Shown here: one piece after another, positions 34,917 through 46,655 of the stretch
Layout: every line of letters begins with the position of its first letter
Numbering within the stretch: position 1 is the stretch's first letter
Assembly: GCA_032718475.1 (NCBI GenBank)
Contig: JAUCBJ010002175.1
Location: 1-47,378, forward strand
DNA length: 47,378 nucleotides
DNA from: Nemertoderma westbladi
Taxonomy: Eukaryota > Animalia > Xenacoelomorpha
Reading direction: 5' to 3'
Program-made: the position numbers and the translations under genes
Notes under the pieces: model-generated
The model's database searches: none
What the model saw: only the letters and a program-made list of their open reading frames with translations
What the model was told of the DNA's origin: nothing

Positions 34917-35120
34917 GGTCAGAATCGAACCAGCGTCCTTTACATTCATAACCCAAGGCGTTATGCACTGCGATAGTTAGTAAGAGATATAAGTGTTTAT
35001 TGTTAATTTTCGAATCCACACTAACTATTTTACAATTATAAAACGTACAAAATTGAAATAGGTCAGAATCGAACCAGCGTCCTTTACATTCATAACCCAA
35101 GGCGTTATGCACTGCGATAG
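34917..35120 (-). repeat. Two tandem tRNA-derived (SINE-head-like) units, 144-bp period
   Basis: Minus strand tatcgcagtgcataacgc...ggacgctGGTTCGATTC gives A-box and B-box motifs; no intact cloverleaf. Confidence 0.65.
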
Positions 35121-35948
35121 TTTAGTAAGAGATATAAGTGTTTATAATTAACATGTCATGCTTTCCTGTTACAGGGTTATTGTTCTAGAAAGTTTAAGTG
35201 CATAGTTACAAATAATTCCCCACAAATAAATATAATTTAATTATTGTGCTCTGAATTTTACTATACACTATACTTATACATATCCGTCGGATATTTTATT
35301 AAAGTCTTAAATCATAAATATAATGTGATTCACCATTGATCATTATTAGCACTTTAGGCTTTTACGGCCATCGTTTTGTTATTAAAAAAAAATCGAACAA
35401 AATCATTCGTGCTATAAAGTGCTATTTTATGAACAATGACGTAATTGTTATTATTAATTGGAATAGATACACCCCCAAACGGGGTAAAATGGTAAACAAT
35501 ACAAAATATAAACAGGGAAACACAAATAATAAATTAAATTTGTAAAAAATATTAAAAGCTAAAAAATTGAAGGAGTTATATGTGATTGTTATATGTGTGG
35601 TAGAGACGTAATTGTTATTATTAAATCACTATTGAATCGGAGCAATATTTTGCAATTAATTAAATTATTCTGGAACATGGCTAATTTGCTATACTTACTC
35701 TTCCCTTGTTCTTTTGTTTGGCTACTGTTACAAATATACGTATAATTTCAATAAATATAATATGATTCGCAAATTAGATGTTTATATACTTTTGGGGTAA
35801 TAACAACAAGGTAATTTTGATTACTAATATATTCTGGAATGTTTAGCTATTTTGAAATTAAGAATCGCTAGATAAAGTGCTAAACTGCGCAAGACAAACT
35901 TGGTGTTAAATCTTGTTTGTGGGCCGCATTAATTTAATGACCGGCCCT

Positions 35949-36311
35949 GGTTAGTCCTATAGCTTGTGTGACCATTTTTGAAAAATGTTTTTTTTTTGTA
36001 TTTTTAATTGTTTTTTTATTGGTGAATGTTTTAGAACCTTAGTAGATATTTTTTAATGGTAACTAGTGTTTTTTTACTAGCTAGTATTTTTTGAAATGTA
36101 AATAAATAAAATTTTAAAAAATTAATATTATTCTGCGACAGTTTAAACTTGAAATATCAATGTTTTCACATTTTTATATGATTTCAAAAACACTAGCTAC
36201 CATAAAAAACATATCTACTAATGTTTTAGAACACTTACCAATAACAAAAATAACACAAATTTCCCTATTTTTAAAATTTGAAAAATGGTCACACAAGCTA
36301 TACTTAGTGCC
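35949..36311. mobile_element. MITE related to the 37708-39057 element
   Basis: Inverted tatagcttgtgtgaccattttt / aaaaatggtcacacaagctata; shares the cactagctaccataaaaaa motif. Confidence 0.65.
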
Positions 36312-36418
36312 TAATAACCTATGATTCTGGTTTAAGAATGTGAGTCAAGAACTTTCCTACAGTAGATATTTTTCCGGAAATAAATTTCCTATTTTTTTTT
36401 ATATAAAGTTTACTTTTA

Positions 36419-36529
36419 GGCGCCCCTCACACTCACACACAGAAACAAGTCGCAGCAACAAGTTTCTGTGTGTGAGGGGGTCCTCCCGCAACATGTTTCA
36501 GAAACAAGTTGCTCCATGTAAGGGGGGCC
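36419..36529. mobile_element. Short deletion derivative of the Harbinger-like MITE
   Basis: Same termini (ggc.ccctcacac...gttgctccatgtaaggggggcc); flanks TTA and TAA. Confidence 0.75.
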
Positions 36530-36705
36530 TAAATAGTAGATATTTACAGAAAATCATCTTATTAATTGCATAAAATATTAATATTAGGATGTCATGTACT
36601 GCATGTCCCGGTAGTTTGCACTTTGTGTTTTGTCAATTTCATCATTACTATGTATAATATTGAACGCAATTTCGAAAATTATTACATTTTCAATTTTTAA
36701 CTATT

Positions 36706-36842
36706 TACATACTTGTGTGTAAAGTAGCACTTTACAGTGTGATCATCCGAGAGGCTTTGTTACACGAACGAACGTTAGTGAGTGAGTGAAAATAAAGCCA
36801 CGAGGATCAGAACACTGTAAAGTACTTTGCAACAAGTATGTA
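36706..36842. repeat. Long imperfect hairpin, second family member
   Basis: tacatacttg...actttacagtgt...acactgtaaagt...caagtatgta; preceded by taactattt, as is the 33345 copy. Confidence 0.5.
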
Positions 36843-37707
36843 TGTAGTTTTATTCCAAAATTTTAACATTACGAAATGATTGTATATACATTATAAGTGA
36901 TAGAAACTGCACAAATTATATTAGTTACTGTATAAATAAATGTAAAAATGACATAAATTAAGTTATATATAAGTTAGCTTATATTTATGGTGGCGTTTGG
37001 TGCCATGTTATACTGTAATAATATAGCTAGGCCCTACTGGTTATTAATAGCTATACCCCCGCCTACAGGTAGGTAATGCAGTAGGCCTATCTGGCTGTCA
37101 GGCAAATTTCCACCTATTGTTTACATGGTATCCAATGTCGGCGTTAAGTAATGTCCCCTTAGTGTACATTACTTAACGCCGTCATGGGTTACCACGTAAA
37201 CAATAACACCAAATACAATACTAAATGTACAGGCCAATTCAATGCTGTAATGTCCTCTAAAGTTGTAAAGTGCTAAATACAGTAACAACTCGCTGTTAAT
37301 ACTAACGGCGTTACCGTTAGCGTTAACGGCGATACCTCCTGCTATTTCACCAGATTATACACATTCTGAAAACACAAATAGATTGGAAACAAGTGATTCC
37401 TGCTTACTGTACAGTAGTTGTGTTGATGTCGTAACTACGGGTCGGTGAAGTATACTTTTTCTGAAGATTTCTTTGAAAAAACAAATTTCCGGACCACTGA
37501 CATTCCTTTTCTTGTTAGGTAGGCCTCCTAAACATTGTAAAAAAATTACATTTAATTAATTAATTGTAGGAAACTACTCAAGTAAATGGTCAAGGGTAAC
37601 CGTAGGAACTAAGGCCTACCCTAAGGGACGGAGTAGACAATAATATAAAGTTTGTAGATATAAAAAAGAGCTACCATAATACTCATTAGTTACCGCGATA
37701 TTCTGAC

Positions 37708-39057
37708 GGTACTACTATGTTATGGGTACCCACTTTTTAAACAAATTTATTCATATGAAAATTGCTTTTATCATGAGGTTTTTTGTTCTATAACAAGTAT
37801 TTAACCTTCTGCCAGTACGATGGTAGCTAGTAATTTTGATTTTGTGTTATAGCTAGTACTTTTTATTAGCTAGTGAAAAAAATTATAATTGAAAAAAAAA
37901 TTGACCAACTTTTTTTTGTAAAAATATATTTTATTATGAAGTTTTTTATCTAGAACAAATATTTGGCCTTCTGACAGTAAGATGGTAGCTAGTACTTTTA
38001 ATTTTGTGTTAGCTAGTACTATTTATTAGCTAGTAAATGTAAGATATACCGGTAATTTAATTCTCAATTATATATTTGCATGGAATAATTTATGAGTCAT
38101 GGGTAGCTAGTAATTTTTATTTGATAGTCAACGTAGCTAGTAATTATTCACTAGCTAGTTTTTTATACAAAATATAGGCAGATGTAAAAATAGAGTTTTT
38201 ACATATTTTACTTATTTAGGCCTATTTTACTTATTACTAGATTTATTTATCTTTTTATTAATTGCGAGAATATATTGATGATATGGAAATTGTCTAAATA
38301 AAAGGGACACTACAAAATTTATTTTCTAATTTTAAGATCACTAACTATCTACCTTTAAAAACACTAGCTACCATAATAAAAAATAATAGCTAACCTCTCT
38401 CAGAAGGTGAAATAATTTATGTTCTAGAACAAAAAAACCATCTTGATAATATCCATTAACATGGTCCAAAATATTATTTTGTAATTTTAAGATCTCTAGC
38501 TACCTTTAAAAACACTAGCTACTTTAATAAAAAATAATAGGTAACCTCTCTCAGAAGGTGAAATTTATGTTCTAGAACGAAAAACATCATGATAATATCC
38601 AATAATATGGTAAAAATATTGATCAAAAATTTGGTGCCAAAAATTTGGTTTTGTAATTTTAAAAACAGTAGCTACCTAAAAGAAATCACTAGCTACCATA
38701 AAAAAAACAATAGCTAACGTCTAACAATGTTATAAAACAAAAAACCTCAAGATAATAGCCATTAACATTGTCAATTAAATGGTCAAAAAGTGGGTACCCA
38801 TAACATAGTACTACTACTAGGATCGGCATGCTGCATTGCAGCTGCATTTTTAAGAATGCTGTGCCGGCTTGTCAACAAAATTGCACCGCCACAACTCCCT
38901 ATCACCCATGACATTTGCTAGATCATCCGCATCTTTAAGGCCAGTGTCCTCTAAGATGCGTCTCAAGAAAGTCATGGGCTGTCCACCATGCTTATTAAAC
39001 TCCATGAGGCTGCCAAAGTACAAGATTACTGCACTGGCTGCATAACATAGTAGTACC
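37708..39057. mobile_element. Merlin-like non-autonomous DNA transposon
   Basis: TIR ggtactactatgttatgggtacccacttttt with GG ends, 8-bp TSD attctgac (37700-37707, 39058-39065), repeat-rich foldback arms; right TIR split by an RTE. Confidence 0.75.
38811..39040 (-). mobile_element. RTE LINE 3' fragment
   Basis: (TAG)n tail, TSD cataacatagta (38799-38810, 39041-39052); matches 30967-31195. Confidence 0.9.
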
Positions 39058-39494
39058 ATTCTGACCCCAAACCATTATTTAAAAAAAAGGGCAGTTCCAT
39101 TTTCTCAAACACCAAATGAATGGGTTCACAACACCGAATTGTTGCCCTGTTTGCCCGGCGTCGTTTAGCTAAAATTATGATTTTCAAATAGCTACATTAA
39201 TTCGTTACATAAATTTGTTTGCCATTAAGCACAAACATGAAACTAGCTGACTTTCTAGAATATCTAAACTGTAAGAAATCTGAATGGTGTGCATTGGCGG
39301 AACACTCTATGTAAGATAGAACAATATTAAATTCACATGAAATTTCCAGGTGTTTTCTATGTAAGTTTTGACCCTCAAGTTAGCTAGTAAAAGCCGCCTG
39401 CATGTCCTTTTTAGTAAAGAACGTCTTACTACAAGAAATAGGCCTACGTGGAAATATTGAAAGTATATGATACAAATTCTTCTAGGCCTACATT

Positions 39495-40014
39495 ATGACG
39501 CTTTGTTGGATATTTATAATTCCCGCGTTTTTCACCATGACGGCTCATTGCGGCCAACGATCCCCGTTCAAGTTCCCTAGCGTTATCAAAAATCGCGAGA
39601 CGTGCTGGCCGGGAGGGAATCTCTCCGGCCTAAAAAAGTATGAGAGACTGTTTGTTTGCGACCCAGATGATATCCTAAACGAGGGCGGCATGAAGCAGGG
39701 GTTACAGGACGAGTTGCGAAACCTAATGGCCAAGACGTGGTGTCCTTGCGAGATTCGGTACTGTGACTGCGTAGGATCAACCAACCTAATCGTGGTGATC
39801 GCCGCCGGTATAGAACGCGATATCTACACGGCGGAGGAATACGTTGACCGAGTAAGGAGGTTCACCGTCGGACACATGTCGCATTGTCGACAAGGCGTTA
39901 CGCTGCTCGTAGACTGGAGTAACTCAGCTGTGGCTGTCAGCGCCGGTTTCAATTCCGGTTATAACAATAAAACTAAGGAGTACTTCAGTTCGGTTTATAA
40001 CGATGCAATGAAAG
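39495..40014 (+). CDS. MOLO-1-like (TPM-fold) secreted or membrane protein, exon 1
   Basis: Signal-peptide-like N-terminus; FP...C...FVCDPDDIL...CPC..C...VVIA pattern of the MOLO1 family; donor G|GTAAGT at 40015. Confidence 0.7.
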
Positions 40015-40223
40015 GTAAGTGATTATGGCAGACAACCAATGATATTCTTGAGATGCGTCTTAAAGGGCATTAATTAGTTTTGAATGTGTGAGTAAATATC
40101 GCGAAAGTCAAGGGTGACAGGGCGTTGTGGCGGCGATAGCCTACTGTACTGTATAGCGCGTGCACTTATGGGAAACTCCTCAAAATTATGAGTCTACCTT
40201 ATTCAAGATCCGCTTTAGTGCAG

Positions 40224-40378
40224 ATTATATAAATTTGTACTTGCACGCGGACTGTAAAAGAAATTGCCTAATCTTGAATGACAACAAAAAGACCGCACCC
40301 GGAATCGGTCTAGCAGTACTTCCACTTTTAAGTGTCTTCTTCATGTCTAGCGGTTTACTGAGTGAGCTGCCAGAGTAA
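40224..40378 (+). CDS. MOLO-1-like protein, putative exon 2 with hydrophobic C-terminus
   Basis: Acceptor ttagtgcag fits phase 1; DYINLYLHADCKRNC...GIGLAVLPLLSVFFMSSGLLSELPE*; 224 aa in total; the intron holds a diverged RTE 3' remnant (about 40030-40137). Confidence 0.5.
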
Positions 40379-41396
40379 ACAACCACAACATAATAATACC
40401 AAGAATTGATTATTTTTGGTCCACCTCTTTCCTACAACAACAACTATCTACCTCTACAAAGAGGCAGTTTCGTTATTAAAATCTGAATTTTATTGAGAAA
40501 TAGCGGAGATAAGCGTTATACTGTTACGTACTGTATCTTTGAAACCGCTGGGGGCCCTTTTTTTATTTAGTAACTTAATAATATTGAGACTATGCCAATT
40601 TTGTGGAAAGTATTTGTTCTTCCTAAACCGAGAGTTAAAATATTAAATTAATTTGAGGATGGATTTAAAAAAGTGAGTGAGTTTCCCAACTGTGTCAGGG
40701 GCCATTGATGGTAATTTAATATCACCCCCCCTCCTGATTTGCACTTTAATATGAGCTTTGTACATATTAAAACAATAGTAATTTTTTGGTAATTCTGCTG
40801 TTATTGGTATCTTAAAGTTTTGTACTGTATTTTTGTAATGCTTTGCTTAGTGGAATTGTAAAATTTTTTGGATTATTTTGGTTGGTAATGCAATTTGTAA
40901 TTCTATTGTTTATTTTTGCCGCATGTATTTTTTTGTGCATTATTTTTCTATCTATCTTGCTTTTTCTTCTATGTTTCTTCCCAATGATATCGGGAAGACA
41001 TATTACATTTCTATCATATTGGCTCTATCAAAACTCATTATTATAGTAACTTAGAAATATCTCAAGTTACTCAAATACTTTTATTTTTATGACACTTCCT
41101 AGAATTTCTTATTTCTATTTAATACTGATTAATTAATTATTTCTACTTTCTTATTTAATTTTATTAAATCCAGGTAGGAAGGCTCTTAAATTTTACAGTG
41201 GTGATCGGCAGTCATTCTATAAGAATTTGCTTGGAGCTGTTCAGAGCATAAGCAAAGATTTGGTGAAAACTTCTTCAAAAATTCGGAGTACAAGAATGTC
41301 TTGCGATACACAAAACCCGGATTCTGAAATCGCATGTAGACCTTCGAGGCCTTATACTGAAAAGGTTAGATTGGATGTACGTTTCGGTGGGTATTT

Positions 41397-42032
41397 CATC
41401 CCTTTCATTTTCAAACAACCTAAATGACAAAATTGACTTTTCCTGTAAAACGGCATTTTCGATTCTAATTTTGTTTGAAAGTAATATTCCAGGATTTTGG
41501 TCTTATTTACTTTTAAATCCATTAAATGTAACGATTTTAAACAAAAACAGTTTTGGTATTGGAATTATGTAACATATTAGGTAGGAAACAATGTATAGGG
41601 ATATAGGTTGTTTCAAAAAAAATATTAAATTTTTTACAATGAATACTCAAAAAGCATTAGAACTCTTAAGACAGATTCAATTATTAAGTTTTAAAAATAT
41701 AAAACAAATCTCCCCTATCATAATAAACAACAATTCTAGCTAATGATTCGTTGTTTCCAATTTTAAATCAACGTTTCCCGGGCTTACTCTATTTATAATA
41801 GTAAAATGTATTATATAGGTTGTTTAAAAAAAATAATTCTTTTATCATGCGGTCTATGCAAAACTGGCATATACAGTAGGTGGTTTTGAAACGTTAAATA
41901 TCTCAGTTATACGTGGGAGTATGGCCTTCTAAGTGTGTTAATCGGATTCAGAATACATTTTAACATAAATAAATGCAGCCATCTACATTTCAGCAAAAAT
42001 GGCATATAGGTGGTTTCAAAATGAAAGGGATG
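41397..42032. mobile_element. Sola1-like non-autonomous element
   Basis: Imperfect 33-bp TIR catccctttcattttcaaacaacctaaatgaca / tggcatataggtggtttcaaaatgaaagggatg; 4-bp TSD ATTT matches AWWT. Confidence 0.7.
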
Positions 42033-42670
42033 ATTTATTACCTAAACTAACCTATACTTACTTGGGTACCACTCACTACCTTAATTTGCGGGTATGTAAG
42101 GGGATGAGGTGTAGAAGGTAGAACTTTTTTGTGAGTAGCTGTAGTCGGTTACTCACGTTGTCATGTTTGACAGTTTGATCCACAAATAAAAATATATGCA
42201 AGAAGCACCTGTAGGCCTACCGGTATTTATTTATCAAAGACCGAAAGTAATGTCAGTCCGGCACGGTAGGTACGGAAGTACAGTACAACAGTTAATCAGT
42301 AGAGTATTCCATTGACCCAGATTGGGGGTTAGGTGTATCTAATAAATATATGAACAGTATTAGGTACTTTATGACGATTGTAAGATTGTTACGTGGTCTA
42401 CTACAGTATTAGTAGGCCATGGATTGTTACCATACGTATTATCGTGCAGCTGTTTAGATTGATTGCATATGCATACCCCGGGGATTGATTGGGGGGGTTA
42501 TACATATACAGTACAGTATTATCGGATTAGGATATTATTTAACTAACTTAGGGCCTAATTATTTATTGGGCAAGTGTGAAATAAAAACCCCTACTGTTGT
42601 CGCGGTAGCCGGCTAGATATAGAGACACAGCCGTGGCCGGTTACTGTGCGGATTGGGTTTGGGTTTGGAT

Positions 42671-43323
42671 TGTGGTACGAGCCACGAAGTGAGCGAAGCC
42701 TTAGCATATGGGTGCCATTAACGAGTTGTCTGTCGTCGTCGTCGTAAATTTTTGATTGCTAATAACTCGGTCATTCCTTGATGAAATTAAACGAAACTTG
42801 GTACTTAAATAGTTTAGAATGAATCGGAAGTTTGGTAAAAAACGAACGAACGCAACGAGTTTACAGTGGATACGAGTATCCATCTGCCATAAATCAGTTG
42901 GTACTTAAATAGTTTAGAATGAATCGGAAGTTTGGTAAAAAACGAACGAACGCAACGAGTTTACAGTGGATACGAGTATCCATCTGCCATAAATCAGCAG
43001 TTACTCTCACAGTTTCCAGACTTTACATAGTTATAAAGGTCATTAGTCTCCGTTTGGTAAAATTATTTTAAGACAAAACAGGACGAGCGCAACGAGGCTA
43101 ATGAGGAGAAGAATATTGTAAAACTATAAATGTCATACTTAACTTAAATTGCCCGAGTTAGAAGGTTTATAAATGACAGTTAATATGTGTAAGGGCAAAC
43201 TGAAATGGATCTCTGTTTTTACAACTTGTTTATCACAAACTGATAGCATTTCTAATAGAGATTAGTATAATGTACTTTCTAATATAGGCTCTCGTGCTGC
43301 GCGAAGGCCCCACGAACGTGTTC
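42671..43323 (+). mobile_element. HINE-like element with a perfect internal 100-bp tandem duplication (42798-42997)
   Basis: Same 5' motif as 1-186 (inverted) and 29683; (GTC)n microsatellite; 3' motif ctcgtgctgcgcgaaggccccacgaacgtgttc. Confidence 0.65.
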
Positions 43324-44989
43324 TCACTGGTTGCGTAAGGAACGGATCATATGGCTCAGGTTCTTAGGAAAACTAGCTTCTTGTTTTTCATTCCATGTAT
43401 AATATAAATATCATAGGTAATAAACAGTTACCAGTAATAGCACAAGTCTGAATCTGATATCCGTAATTTAACCATGATTTGAGTTTCTTTTTAAATTCTG
43501 CTGTATCCTATTATCTGCGAATTTCCGTAAAAACAAATCGAACATGACACCTGTTCATAGCATTATATTTAATTTAATTTCTATGTATATTACTTGATAG
43601 CATTATATTTAATTTCTACGTATAGTACTTTCTTAGTATAGTCAGTTGGTGAGATGGTAGCCTCGACTACACCCTAGCTCTAAGCTATTGCAACCATCCC
43701 ACAAACACCCTATGTCAGCTCAATAAAATTTCAAATTAGAAATAATATTTACACTTGTAAGCGGATTAAATTCCCTGCACTACCCAGCGGAAAATGGGGA
43801 AAGTGGCTTCTTACCAATTATAGTCGGGAAGGTGACATTAGTAATATAATGTCACCTAATAACCAACACAGGCAATACGCATTGCCAGCCACAAACAGAG
43901 ATGAGAGGCCATAAACCATCTCAAGGGGACAAAGGGGCTAGCATGTGGGGATTATGGCAGCAGGGATTGCCGAAGGAGAGATTATAGGTTGGCCAATGAT
44001 GGGACAGGATACCACCGGATTGGAGTGCATCCATTGGCCAGGCCATGTAGAGCAGTAGGAATATTCAATATGTGTTGATAATATAACCGTTGCATTTATT
44101 GGTTATATTTCAGTTGGTGTGTGTAGTGCTGTGGGACCGGAACAGTTTTTAACCGTCGTCATTACCGTGCTATTATTATATTCTAATTGTGGTATTATTA
44201 TATTCTGACATTACGAACAACTGCCACTAAAACTGAGTTATTCAAACGGCCTTCGGCCTTAGAACTCAGATATTACCAGCCTTTCAGCAGCCTACGGACG
44301 CGGCGACGCATATAGCCCGAAAGCAAACACATCCGGTTGGGATTCCTTCACCAACCCAAGAATCCCTTCACAACACTTTCATTCAATATCGCTCATACTT
44401 TCACTTTCATTAGTATTCATCGCTGTTGTTGGGGTGCCAATAACACTTGAAAGACATTTTAGAATTATGAGAAAATAAAAATCATTCTATCAATCAATCG
44501 AGATACTAATAATCGTCCTACGTATACCTGTTAAAACTAAAACCGTCTCTCGGGTACGAGGGACGCATGTGACTAAAATATAAATTGATATTACACCAGT
44601 ACAAACTACAGTACTATAATAGCTTGGGAGGGGTTTGAGTTATTCCTATCCTGGCCAATGGGGATCGCGTGTGCTGCTCTGCTATTGGCCGTTGCCTTGT
44701 TGATTGTTTCTATAGTTTGGTGATTGTCCCTTCTCTCACTATGTGTTGACATCGCTTTGTGGTTAGTAAGCCGATGCCTAAGTAGGTTGTTATATGCACC
44801 AATAAATACAAATAAATAGACACATAGAACAATAGGTTTAACATTTATTACACAATGATAGCTTGTGCGGCCATCTAACTTTGGCAGGCTCCCTGATTGT
44901 AAGTTGACCTTTGGGGTTGGCATACAATCAGGGTGCTAACAGATTTTCCCACTTTGGTTAATACCTTATCTGAGGTGACATATTGGTTT

Positions 44990-45210
44990 TAGGGGAGATG
45001 AAGTGTATCATGGTTTATCCGGTAACAACTGTACTAAAAAGTATTTGTAGGCCTAATGCCAACACACACTAAAAAGCAACCGTGACCAGATTAGTGGATG
45101 GATGCAAGCATTGGTCATAAAGTAGAGAACATACTTACAGTAGGTGGAGTTAGAAAAAGCAAAACTTTTAGTAAAACGGAAGAAAGTAACTGCCATTAAG
45201 TATAACCAGA
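44990..45210 (+). mobile_element. Possible Penelope GIY-YIG remnant
   Basis: Fragments EVYHGLSGNN and GHKVEN...LEKAKLL resemble the YIG.TG and GH...IL motifs; highly degenerate. Confidence 0.3.
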
Positions 45211-46054
45211 GCTCACTCACTATAGAAACACACGCTCAGGACAGATACTTTATCAAAGGCAGGTCAAAGTAAGGCCATGTTAATAAATAATAAAGAACCT
45301 GTCTTTAGACTGGATAGTTTTTGTTTAAAGCTGAGGCTGGGAAAAACATGATGGATGTATAATATTTGTATGTAATATGTTTGTACATATGTATGTATAA
45401 CCACCAAATGGCTTCAAACCACTTGCATGTACAGTATTAAAAAATTGTAAACGCACCTATTTATCAATTATTATATTATTAAATTAAATATGCACAAATA
45501 CACTTTGACAGCGGAACAACATTTCACAACTTATTGTCAATTGGAGTTACGTATATTAATTATATCGTTAATTATTGTTCTATCTCTATTCAGTCAGTCA
45601 GTGTAATGTCAAGCAGTACATCATTTATATATCGTATCTACTGTATAAGGCCTGTTGTCATTTATACATCGTCATAATAAGTACTGTCATAAACTCAGGC
45701 TAGCTCAATTGTATTGTAAAGGCTTAATATGTTTTGTATATCTGGGAGGTTTATAAAACGCAATAATTTTTATTGTCCGTTTAAATCCTTTTTTTGTCCT
45801 TTTTTTGTTATTTTTTATGTCCTCCAAAAATCTAATGTTAGATTCCATGCTACCGGTTTCTCTACTGCTGTTCTCTCAGGCTATCAGTACCGGTATTAGT
45901 ATATATAGCACTATTTTGCTGCATTGTATGTACAGATGTAGGTATAAAGCAGGCACTTCTGTATGTTAGTACCGGTACCGGCACCGGTACTGCTGTAGGC
46001 CTACTGTGTAGCCTACCATTTAAATACGGTACTGGTAGGCCTACCGGCTGACCG

Positions 46055-46655
46055 GTTATTTTGGTTAGAAAATCCCGCCTCATCTGTAACCTGCTCCTTT
46101 GCCTGATTTGGTAAAGTGACCGTTTATTGTTTTGGTTAGAAAGGCCCGCCTCTGTAACCTGCTCCTTTCCTTCATTTTGTAAAGTGACTGTTTATTGTTT
46201 TGGTTAGAAAATCCCGCCTCTGTAACCTGCCCCTTTCCCTCAATTAATTAAGTGGTCGTTTATTGTTTTGGTTAGGAAATCCCGCCTCTGTAATCTGCTC
46301 CTTTCTCTCAATTGGTAATGTTATCTTTATTGTTTTGGTTAGAAAATCCCGTCTCTGTAACCTGCTCCTTTCCCTGATTTGGTAAAGTGACTGTTTATTG
46401 TTTTGGTTAGAAAATCCCGCATCTGTAACCTGCTCCTTTCTCTCAATTGGTAATGTTATCGTTTATTGTTTTGGTTAGAAAATCCCGTCTCTGTAACCTG
46501 CTCCTTTCCCTCAATTAGTTAAATGATCGTTTATTGTTTTGGTTAGAAAATCCCGCCTCTGTAACCTGCTCCTTTCCCTGATTTGGTAAAGTGACTGTTC
46601 ATTGTTTTGGTTAGAAAATCCGGCCTTAACCTGCTCCTTTCCATCAATTGGTAAT
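46055..46655. repeat. 68-bp tandem repeat, about 9 copies, lying between inverted repeats at about 45750-45810 and 47010-47070
   Basis: Unit gtttattgttttggttagaaaatcccgcctctgtaacctgctcctttccctgatttggtaaagtgact at 46122, 46190, 46258, 46461, 46529, 46597 and others. Confidence 0.9.

Noticed and set aside
34133-35112. Cys-rich small ORFs (ETCC/ATCF repeats)
   Set aside because: Translations of the foldback MITE internal repeats and tRNA-derived units
40843-41046. Hydrophobic 67-aa ORF
   Set aside because: T-rich low-complexity DNA with a TTG start; no splice or homology support
43850-44980. Possible solo LTR (tgtcacct...aggtgaca, CCAAT boxes)
   Set aside because: Flanks tataa and tattg do not form a TSD and there is no second copy in the window; cannot be supported
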